Below are positions 1 through 8,667 of a DNA stretch of 11,498 bases, piece by piece. Origin of the DNA: Octopus sinensis (Eukaryota). The stretch's first letter is position 1. Each line of letters starts with the position of its first letter. Where the stretch lies: the NCBI RefSeq assembly GCF_006345805.1, contig NW_021826931.1, positions 1-11,498 of the forward strand, read 5' to 3'. The notes under the pieces are model-generated. The model worked only from the letters and a program-made list of their open reading frames with translations. It was not told the DNA's origin and ran no database searches. The position numbers were made by a program, and so were the translations under genes.

Positions 1-132
1 CTCTAGTAAAAAAAATATACGTGAAGAATATCTCGGGGAATTAAAGACTAGGAAGAAATGGAACTTCATTAAAAGCAACTAAGAATGATAGAATATCAGT
101 CCAAATTTCGGATAGATTTTGCGAAATGTCAT

Positions 133-299
133 ATTCTTTTCTACTCTAAGCACAAGGCCCGAAATTTTGTGAGAAGTGGCCAGTCAATTAGATCGACCCC
201 AGTACGTAACTGGCACTTAATTTATTGAACCGAAAGGCTAACAGGTAAAGTCGACCTCGGCGGAATTTGAACTTAGAACGTAGCGGCAGACGAAATACC
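133..299 (-). mobile_element. tRNA-derived SINE family 1, 5'-truncated copy (tail type ...ccttgtgcttagagtagaaaagaat)
   Basis: Shares the body gatcgaccccagtacgtaactgg...aaagtcgacctcggcggaatttgaact with copies at 300-531 and 6508-6739. The B-box (minus strand aagttcaaattcc) is retained and the A-box is absent. Confidence 0.85.
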
Positions 300-531
300 T
301 ATTTCTTTACTACCCACAAGGGGCTACACACACAGAGGAAAAACAAGGACAGACAAACGGATTAGGTCGATTACATCGACCCCAGTGGGTAACTGGTACT
401 TAATTTATCGACCTCAAAAGGATGAAAGGCAAAGTCGATCTCGGCGGAATTTGAATTCACAACGTAACGGCGGCGAAATACCGCTAAGCATTTCGCCCGG
501 CGTGCTATCGTTTCTGCCAGCTCGCCGCCTT
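300..531 (-). mobile_element. tRNA-derived SINE family 1, full-length copy (tail type ...cccttgtgggtagtaaagaaata)
   Basis: The minus strand starts aaggcggcgagctggcagaaacgatagc (A-box-like) and has gaattcaaattcc (B-box-like). It is closely similar to 6508-6739. Confidence 0.9.
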
Positions 532-1021
532 GCAAAGTGTCACATTCCAACGATCCAAGAGAAGTGACAACTCATGTGGCTTCTATAAAACGATAGTATC
601 TCTCGGTGTAGATAATATAAAGTACAAAGTAAATTCTGGAGTCTATATAAACGACTAACAGCTCCCTCACAATTACTGTATTTTGTTGTTGTTGTTTTTT
701 ACTTAAATTAGGGACCCTTATTATTACAATATTAACAACAGCATCAAAAGAGAAACTTACTCAGAGTCAGTAATATGAAATTGCTCTTAAAACGATTGTA
801 TTGAATGCAATCTTGCCTCATTTGTTACACAATGGGAGTTGTATATTTAAAGCAGTTAACAAAGAGAAGCTGTGAGAGTTTTGTAAAACTTTTCACTCCT
901 ATTTTACTGTATAATCTAGTCTTCGTTAACACAAACAATTATATATCTTTGCTTTAAAGGGCACGGTTCTGAATTAGAATCGTTGTTAAAGTAACAACTA
1001 TAGCAAGCACTCTAGGAAATC

Positions 1022-1396
1022 TTGGATGGTGTAACTCAAAAGCGGGAAGTTATTGTATTATCTGTTGCACTTTTAAGACCAAGATCGTAGCTAAAAGCAA
1101 AGGCCGAAATTGTAGATCTACGCCGTCCATATACGTGTGGCCTTGTAAACGTGACAAAGAAATACGATGGTGATCATCTCGTCACAGTATGGGTGATTGA
1201 ATGAAGCGGCGTTAATGAGAGGCGATTTAAAACGGATTAGCAGGACACAAATGACTCCCGAAAATTAAAATGCTATACAGGAACTGTGCCAAGCTGAGGA
1301 TTGCAAAACAAAAGGCATGAGAACGATGGTACTAAGGAAACACTTAGTTGCAATGTATGCTGTAGTAAGAACCACTTCAGAACCTATTTGCCTTGA
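1022..1396 (+). pseudogene. Possible decayed retroelement ORF1/gag-like zinc-knuckle remnant
   Basis: Frame from 1274 reads YTGTVPS*GLQNKRHENDGTKETLSCNVCCSKNHFRTYLP*. C1349-x2-C-x4-H1373 matches three of four CCHC ligands and follows a Y-x-G-x2-P motif like those of L1/Tx1-type ORF1s. Confidence 0.3.
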
Positions 1397-1956
1397 ACGG
1401 TTAGAAAAATTAGGCATGAAAAGCAACGGAAGCCAACAGAGGAAGCAACATGACTAACAAGCCCCGATTTCCGGGACCCCATCAGTCACATTCTGTGAAT
1501 GGCAGAGAAATCGCCACGCGCTCAGTCTTAGAAACAAAAGCAGACACCTCACAGAAGTAACTTGTATCTAATCTGACAAGAAAAATGTTCAAACTGCAGG
1601 GGAAAATACAAAAGAAAACAAAGAAAGCAAAAACGAAAATACACCCCACAAATTTATTGAAACATAGATGAGAGTGAAAAGCATGGTCCGAGTGAAAAGG
1701 CTACCTCTGATAGTGCACCTGTAGATTGAAGGAGGGCAAGAAGAAAAAGACACTAACTTTAGTAGTCAGAGTTTCCACGATCAACCTTCGGATGCCGTCC
1801 TCGTTTGTGGGAAGTTTACTCATTGTTTGAATTTTAATTGCTACTCTTATTTTTTTTTTTGTTATACATTCTTTCAAGCAATCCCACACTGAATCTTCCT
1901 GTACCATCCCCAGAGTTTTTGAGGAGGACTATTAGTGATTGAATAAAGAAAACTTT

Positions 1957-1998
<42 letters not shown>

Positions 1999-2011
1999 GC
2001 CATCGCCATCG

Positions 2012-2068
<57 letters not shown>
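1957..2068. repeat. Compound (ATC)n-(ATT)n microsatellite
   Basis: Directly visible. Confidence 0.98.
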
Positions 2069-2069
<1 letters not shown>

Positions 2070-2243
2070 AACTTTGTATCCGAGAGCAATATTTAATGCT
2101 AAATATTTAACGTAATTCCTTGTTATTAATCGTGTAGGTTTAATGCATTAAAATTTCGAAGAATAGCATTAATAAGAAAAAAATCTTAAACTCGATGAGT
2201 TATATTATCCGCACAACAGTATATATATGTATAAAAAATAAAT

Positions 2244-2446
2244 ATTTCCTTTTCGAACCGTGCCAGGCTCATGAGAGCCGGTTTCCCAGTCCGCCGTAGG
2301 ATAACTCATGTTTGGCAGCTAAGTGGACTGGAGCAATGTGAAAAGAAGTGTTTGTCAACAACACAACGCATCACCCGGTTCAGGAATCGAAACCACAATT
2401 TTAAGATCATGACTCCAACAAACTAACCACTTTACCACGCACCTCC
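2244..2446 (-). mobile_element. tRNA-derived SINE family 2
   Basis: The minus strand reads ggaggtgcgtggtaaagtggtt (A-box, 2437-2425) and gtttcgattcc (B-box, 2393-2383). The head is homologous to 3365-3430. Confidence 0.8.
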
Positions 2447-2770
2447 AAATATGAATGCATGCTTGCATGCATATTTGCGTGTGAAGTTAATGCTTTAAAA
2501 TTCAATACGAAAAAATATTCATTTAAATTTCAAAGAATACGGTAACATTCATTTAAAGAAGAATTTCGAACTATTTTGTGACTTAGATTTCATGGGCATG
2601 CGTTCATCAGACAACCAGTTGTCACCGAAAATTCGTTATGACTGTCATCTAAATTTGGCACAAGGCCAGCAATTTCAAACTCATCAGCGTGCGTTCGTCT
2701 GACAAACACTTGTCAGTTAAAATTCAATGTGACTGTCAACTTGTACATCGGTGTAATATTGATTTCAAAA

Positions 2771-2962
2771 TCTGACACAAGGCCAGCGATTTCGGTAAAG
2801 GGTGTAGCCCGATTACGCCGTCTCCGGTATTCCACTGGTATATATTTTATCGACCCCGAAAGGATGAAAAAGCAAAGTCAACCTTGGCGAAATTTGAACT
2901 CAGAACCTAATGGCAACTAAAATGCCGTTAAGCATTTTGCTCGGGGCACTGACGATTCTGCC
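2771..2962 (-). mobile_element. SINE family 1, diverged copy
   Basis: Contains cacaaggccagc...ttttatcgaccccgaaaggatgaaa...aaatttgaactcagaac, collinear with the other copies. Confidence 0.85.
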
Positions 2963-3014
2963 TTTTTGTAATATCTTAACATTAGTTTCAATAATACAAA
3001 ACACTTTAATTATT

Positions 3015-3062
3015 GCTAAGCATTTTTCCCGGTGCGCTAACGATTCCGTCTGCTTGCCGCCC
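3015..3062 (-). mobile_element. SINE family 1 head fragment
   Basis: gctaagcatttttcccggtgcgctaacgattcc matches 6690-6725. Confidence 0.8.
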
Positions 3063-3120
3063 TACATCCGTGTAATATTAATTTTTTAAATGATTAAAAT
3101 GATATGACTTTTCATAATGT

Positions 3121-3332
3121 TTGGTACCAGGCTAGCAATTTTGGGAAGAAGAATCAAGTCGATTACATCGACCAAACTATTTAAGTAATAGTTCAATCTT
3201 TTGACTGACCACGAAAGCATAAAGAGCAAAGTTGCTCTCAGCGGCATTTGAACTCTAAATGTAAATAAACGCGAAAAAAAATCACTAAGCATTTTGTCTG
3301 TCGCGATAAAGGTTCTACCAGCTTACCTCCGC
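3121..3332 (-). mobile_element. SINE family 1, old diverged copy
   Basis: Contains aagtcgattacatcgacc, gcggcatttgaactc and ctaagcattttg in family order. Confidence 0.75.
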
Positions 3333-3364
3333 AGTAATACAACGTATTTTTGACAGATGAGTGG

Positions 3365-3430
3365 CGTGGAAGCCAAACTACTATCGTATGATCAAGAGTT
3401 CAACACCCACACCACTAAGCCACGCGCCTT
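3365..3430 (-). mobile_element. SINE family 2 head fragment
   Basis: The minus strand reads aaaggcgcgtggcttagtgg (canonical A-box TGGCnnAGTGG) and aligns with 2390-2446. Confidence 0.7.
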
Positions 3431-3431
3431 T

Positions 3432-3472
3432 ACAACAACAAAAACAATAACAGCAACAACGACTACAACAAC

Positions 3473-3529
<57 letters not shown>
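3432..3529. repeat. (ACA)n grading into (AAT)n microsatellite
   Basis: Directly visible. Confidence 0.97.
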
Positions 3530-3700
3530 TCTTTCTGATCTAAGGGCAAAATCTGAAATTTGGAAGGAACAGTTTAGATTATTAAATCTACCACAGTACT
3601 TAAATTTATCGAACCCGTTGGCAAAAAACGTAAAGTTTTTTTTGTTGTTGCTTTTTCAATGAGATTTCAACACAAAGCGTAAAGTGTCTGAATAAATACC
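3530..3700 (-). mobile_element. Highly degenerate SINE family 1 copy
   Basis: Retains a tail-like tctttct...ctaag...aaatctgaaattt and the body motif agtacttaaatttatcgaacccg. Confidence 0.5.
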
Positions 3701-3843
3701 AATGATAGGCATTTTTTGACGCTCTACAACGCTTCTTCAACGACGACCACGACGATGTTGATTTTTTTTATTGCCCACAAAGAGACATTGAAGACTATAT
3801 AAGGACGACTAAACAAATACACATAATATTTAAAAGAATAAAA

Positions 3844-4236
3844 CAACCAAAATACCCAAAACATAATTACTTTACGAGCACGAAATTGCCCACTACAAAC
3901 ATAACGCCAATAGTCGACCTAATTGTGGAATCGTATAGAAACAAATAAATATAAACTAGGCTATATTGTTACTTCAAGAAATCATTTAACCTCTTTATCA
4001 AAACATTTAGTTCATGCTAGTCGGTGTAATGGTGATAACGAAAAATATATAGGACAAAGAAAATCATATCTTATGTTGCATACTCAATACTCGTAGAAAC
4101 AAATACGAAATTCTAAAACAGATTACACTAAGTGAACACTTAGACGTATGCATACACCAAAATTCTTATTCTTCCGTCTTTACCACAGCAAAAATGCAGA
4201 AAAACAAAAAATATATGCCTATAAAAATCTATGAAC
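3844..4236 (+). pseudogene. Decayed Penelope-like element GIY-YIG endonuclease remnant
   Basis: Across frameshifts: RPNCG (3915-3929), SKHLVHASRCNGDNEKYIGQ (3998-4057), KQIR and LSEHLDVC (4128-4151). Order and spacing resemble the PLE pattern C-x2-C ... LIY...C..C...YIGQT...H...SEH. Confidence 0.6.
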
Positions 4237-4848
4237 TATGACTTAGCTAAGACAACATATCGAACAGACATTGTACTTCACAATCTTGCACACAGACACT
4301 GTATATGTACAAAAACAGGTCATTTCTTTATATTTCATTCAACCTATTATTTATAACAGTACATGGATCAACGGTCTTCACATTTGGTACAATTATCATC
4401 CATACTGTCACGTACAGAATACGCAATTGTTAACCATGTAATAGTTGTTCTTGCATATAGAATTTAACGACGAAATTATTTGCTTAAGCGTGCTGATGTG
4501 AGCAAGATAAATAACAAATTATCACATGCACGAAGAAGAGCGGAAACCAAAGTGATGACGTTCATATTCATTCTAATACGTTTTGGTAGATATGAAGATA
4601 TGAACGTGAATATGTAAATCGCTGGTGTGTTCCGTTTTCCCTGAACACCTTGACCAGCTCTGACTGAAGATACACAATCAGGTCGAAGCAACGGTGCTTC
4701 AACGTCTACTTAAAAGAAACTCAGTGCGTTGGGTACACTCATCGTATGAAAAAGGCATTCTTCGAAGGCAAACTGCACCAGCGGTTTGCATTTTCACATT
4801 CGGATCACATTGCGAGTGAATATGTACGTCATTATATCAATGGCTACT

Positions 4849-5061
4849 AAGACGGCGAGCTGGCGGAATTCTTAGCATGCTGGACGAAATGCTTAGCGGT
4901 ATTTCGCCCGTCGCAACGTTCTGAGTTCAAATTCCGCCAAGGTCGACTTAACCTTTCATCCTTTGGTGGTCGGTAAATTAAGTACCAGTTGATTACTAGG
5001 GTTGATGTAACCAACTAACCCGCTCGTTCAAATTTCAGGTCTTGTACCTTTAGTAAAAAGG
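4849..5061 (+). mobile_element. SINE family 1, full-length, with about 18-bp target-site duplication
   Basis: A-box-like agctggcggaattcttagc and B-box gagttcaaattcc (4923-4935). Flanked by attatatcaatggctact (4831-4848) and attatattaatggcctct (5062-5079), 15/18 identical. Confidence 0.9.
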
Positions 5062-5161
5062 ATTATATTAATGGCCTCTGTTCACCATGCGTATGACAAA
5101 CATATGCATACCTATGTATTCATGTATGCATCTATGTATGTATGTATATATGAATGAATGA

Positions 5162-5166
5162 ACACA

Positions 5167-5246
<80 letters not shown>
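5162..5246. repeat. (CA)n-(TA)n compound microsatellite
   Basis: Directly visible. Confidence 0.98.
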
Positions 5247-5247
<1 letters not shown>

Positions 5248-5739
5248 GATCTTTTGTGGTGTACATTTGTGTTTCAGGGTTTTGTATTCGTTCTGTATTA
5301 TGAATTCATGTAATAATGCCACAGTGAAATACGTCACACGTGAAAATATAGGAAATAATTTCTAAAATAACAAAATAATCGTTAATTAAGAATAAACGTG
5401 AAATGAAAAATCATGTTGTTCAGACGTAATGTATTCAATGATATAATATTCATTACAAATCTATGCAATGTATTTCTATAGAAAGTAATTGGAGATCTGC
5501 AATTAAAGAACACGGTTTTATAGCGACTTTATAAAACAAAACCTCGACAACTCTAATTTTGAGTCAACGACCACCTAACACTTGTCTGATGTCTCCACCA
5601 CCACTACCACTTTCTTTCAGTGTTTTCGTTCTATTAATTCTTTAGTCTTTATTGCAGATCAACATATATTTTATTTATTTTCATCCTTGGTCATTTTCTG
5701 TGACAACCTTGGTGATTTTCCCTGACAATCACACCATCC

Positions 5740-6405
5740 ACAGACCCTTTTTTTCCCTCTGAATGGTTCAGACAAGTTTCTATATAGATGGGTGCTAGTA
5801 TTCAACAAAGTGGTAAATTTTTTTGTTTCAGCTTTCACATAGGATGTTAGTTCTTGATCAATTTTTTCATAGCATGTTCCAAATCTCATGTAGGAATTTT
5901 TGAAGAATGCACTCAGAGTTTGCATCTTCTCCCATAAACATGTGCTAGATTTGGTCGAAGTGGATCCTACTCTAGTAGTGGAACCTTCTCTTTAAGACAA
6001 ACCTTAAGTAGTTACATTCCTGCTGCCTCGTTTCCATGTAGTAGACGTTCCAGTGAATCTATCTCATCCCAAAATTGACGGAATTCATCACTCTCTCTGA
6101 AGTGGTTGGTCAGACCAACGTCCTTCATATTCCTCCAAGTATTAGGAGCAACCTTATAGGTGCGTCTCCTCTCCTAAAAGATTCTTGACGGCTTGGATAA
6201 TCGTCGGCTTCAACTCAACAATTATGGTTGCTAGGTCTGAGCAGAGGTAACTGCTGAGACTACTTGCAGAAGGGTTTTGTATATATTTTGTATTTTAGTC
6301 AGCAAACAGAGCAAAACAATAGAAACTGCAGTATTATGGATAAGGACACGTATCATAAAAAGCTACCGGAATCCTAGCGGAGACATTGATTAGATCCACC
6401 AATCC
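5740..6405 (-). pseudogene. Decayed Mutator-like (MULE) DDE transposase remnant
   Basis: Collinear minus-strand pieces across stops and frameshifts: FR*LFMIRVLIHNTAVSIVLLCLLTKIQNIYKTLL; TIIVELKPTIIQAVKNLLGEETHL*GCS (6228-6145); TWRNMKDVGLTNHFRESDEFRQF (from 6140); HFDQ; WNM...RTNILCES*NKKF (5854-5831). These match the MULE motifs DFE.A...A.....GC.FH and RTNN..E.WN..F. Confidence 0.75.
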
Positions 6406-6507
6406 TTGAGGTCCCAGTGATTCATAAGAACCAAAAGATATACGACTGTCAGTATCTCGTCTATTGTCGAACTACAAGAATGTCTTTGTGTCAGAAACAA
6501 AATTCTC

Positions 6508-6739
6508 ATTTCTTTATTGCCCACAAGAGGCTAAACACAGAGAGGTCAATCAAGGACAGACAAACGGATTAAGTCGATTACATCGACCCCAGTGCGTAAC
6601 TGGTACTTAATTTATCGACCCCGAAAGAATAAAAGGAAAAGTCTACCTCGGCGGAATTTGAACTCAGAACGTAGCGACAGACGAAATACCGCTAAGCATT
6701 TCGCCCGGTGCGCTAACGATTCTGCCAGCTCGCTGCCTT
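6508..6739 (-). mobile_element. SINE family 1, full-length young copy
   Basis: Closely similar to 300-531, with A-box and B-box (gagttcaaattcc) intact on the minus strand. Confidence 0.92.
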
Positions 6740-6928
6740 TCTCCGTAAATTCTCCATAAAGTACCAGAGCCACAAGAATTTCTAATATTGGTGGACGGAG
6801 TTTTGATCATCGGTTAGGTGGAGTTCTCTTTAATGTGTCCCCATTTAATTACTATACTTTGGTTAAGCTAAGATCAATTTCTGTTTTATCTTTTAATGCT
6901 AATTGTAATCTCTTAATACTAGTTTCAA

Positions 6929-7066
6929 ATTTTGGCACATGGCTAGTAATTGCGAAGTGGGTAATTCTATTACATCTACTCCGGTGCTAAACTGGAACTT
7001 ATTTTATCGACACTCAGATCATAAAGATGGACGAAATGACGCTAGGCACTTTGCCCGGGGGTGCCA
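6929..7066 (-). mobile_element. SINE family 1, degenerate copy with internal deletion
   Basis: Contains ttttggcaca, actggaacttattttatcgac and gacgaaatgacgctaggcactttgcccgg. The B-box region is missing. Confidence 0.7.
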
Positions 7067-7102
7067 CCTCATTGTCTGGTAATATCTTACTATCAATTTC
7101 AG

Positions 7103-7309
7103 TTTTTGGCACAAGGCCAGCAAGATCGGGGGTGACGGCTAGTCGATTATATCGACCCCAGTGCTCAACTGCTACTTATTTTATCGACCCCAAAAGGATG
7201 AGAAGCAAATTCGACCTCGGCGGAATTTGAACTCAGTACGTCAAAGTCAAACGAAATGCCACAAAGTACATTGTTCAGCGTGTTAACATTTCTGCCAATT
7301 CACCGCCTA
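7103..7309 (-). mobile_element. SINE family 1 copy flanked by 24-bp direct repeats
   Basis: Body as in the other copies. Flanks 7079-7102 and 7313-7336 are 21/24 identical. Confidence 0.88.
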
Positions 7310-7511
7310 CTTGTAATATCTTAATATTAATTTCAATAATACAAAACGTTTTAATTATTTCGGTTTAGCTCAGATCAATTGCTTTTATAATTGTTTCTGC
7401 ATTTGGTTTGCAAGATCCTTGATGTCGTCTCATGAGTTGAAACAGCTTTCGTTGAATCTCGGAGGGGTCATTATGTCAACACTAAACACATGCACTAATT
7501 CGATTTCACTT

Positions 7512-7588
7512 TTATTATTATTATTATTATTATTGTTGTTGTTGTTGTTGTAGTTGTTGTTGTTGTTATTATTATTATTATTATTATT
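7512..7588. repeat. (TTA)n/(TTG)n microsatellite forming the 3' tail or target of the R4/Dong remnant
   Basis: Directly visible and abuts the element's 3' end. Confidence 0.97.
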
Positions 7589-8141
7589 CCTTCGTAACAC
7601 TGTGCATGTAAAAATGCATAGGAGTCTTTAGTTACCTGTCAAGTCACAAGAAGGACTTCAGACAGATAGTACTTTCCTTAAGATGTGCGCTGCTTTTTGC
7701 AAGACATCAATTTTGCATGGGATTTCCTGTTGCCTTAAGAAGTCTTGAAGTTTCAATGCGATTGAGCCCAACGCTCCGATCACCACTGGTATCACTTTTA
7801 CATTACCCTCTCGCATTCGATGCAGTCTTACCATTTCCACTTTCAATTCGGAGCCCTTGGTGATTTTTTTCAACCTCTTTACTCACAACATTCATGTCAT
7901 TTTGTATGGCCTCATCAATGATCAGACAGTATTTGTCTCTCTTATTAAATATGACAATATCTGGCCAACAGTGTTTGATTACACAATCCGTCTGAAAATC
8001 ATAGTCCCAGGGTATCGTTACTAGTCCATACTCCTGCATAACTTTACTTGGTACATGCTCATAGCAGTTATCTGTTACTTCATATTGGTATTTACGGCGT
8101 AAGAGCCAATGAAGATACACACATATTTTATCGTGGCGGCG

Positions 8142-8185
<44 letters not shown>

Positions 8186-8593
8186 AAGGCTCTCACATCC
8201 ACTTACCAAGTGGGTCCCATTTTCCACACTCTTTCCACAGAGTCTACATTTCTGTGTGTCAGAAGTTTTATAGATATTTATACTTCGCTGAATTGGTAGC
8301 GAGAGCCTGGTCTTGTGCAGCAATGATCAGGCTTTCGGTGGTACGCTTCAAATCACCTCGCTCAGGCCATACCCACGATGCTGCCTTATTCTTAACGTCC
8401 CGTGTATTCCTATCGACCTGTTCATGCATTCTCATTTCAAGAATGTCTTCTTTTCTCTTCTTCTCAGCTCTTTGGTTAAATTCTTCCTTCCCTATCATTT
8501 CATCTGCATTTACACCCACATCTTTCGCAGCATATTGCAACAGGTCTTCATCACTATTTATCAAATACTCAGCAAGTGTCCTCCTTTCACTCC
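7589..8593 (-). mobile_element. 5'-truncated R4/Dong-clade non-LTR retrotransposon (C-terminal CCHC knuckle plus restriction-like endonuclease), pseudogenised
   Basis: Joined minus frames read RSERRTLAEYLINSDEDLLQY...W.ERGDLKRTTESLIIAAQDQALATN / CRLCGKSVENGTHLVSGC (C-x2-C-x8-H-x4-C, 8248-8195) / RRHDKICVYLHW...WDYDFQTD...PDIV (7964-7953)...IID...KEVEK / VIPVVIGALG...LQKAAHILRKVLSV* (stop 7660-7658). A 3' UTR of about 70 nt follows, then (AAT)n. Frameshifts occur near 8283, in the (CA)21 tract and in the A7 run at 7864-7870. Confidence 0.9.
8143..8184. repeat. (TG)21 microsatellite inside the R4/Dong ORF
   Basis: Directly visible; lies between LA and QRRHD on the minus strand. Confidence 0.98.

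Positions 8594-8667
<74 letters not shown>
8594..8667. repeat. (TTA)n microsatellite
   Basis: Directly visible, pure tract of about 74 bp. Confidence 0.99.

Noticed and set aside
385-567. Short ORFs inside SINE copies (also 2729-2920 and 7027-7230)
   Set aside because: Chance open frames in SINE family 1; the shared FIDP peptide reflects SINE homology.
3357-3662. 101-aa ORF with poly-T/poly-I resembling a membrane segment
   Set aside because: It is composed of a SINE head, (ACA)n/(AAT)n and a SINE fragment.
4664-4700. CTGAAGA...GAAG as an intact hammerhead
   Set aside because: Stem II is poor and position 15.1 is G rather than A. It is kept only as part of the hairpin cluster.
4849-4940. 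tRNA-like A/B boxes as possible tRNA genes (also 2383-2446 and 10597-10660)
   Set aside because: No complete cloverleaf was found, and each continues into a SINE body and tail.
133-7309. Strand bias of SINE family 1 (9 of 10 pieces on minus) as evidence for a host transcript
   Set aside because: The pieces are not independent (dimer, tandem arrays), family 3 is on the plus strand, and no exon was found.
6903-7336. Regularly spaced 24-bp repeats as a CRISPR-like array
   Set aside because: The context is eukaryotic, the spacers are 150-210-bp SINE copies, and there are no cas genes.
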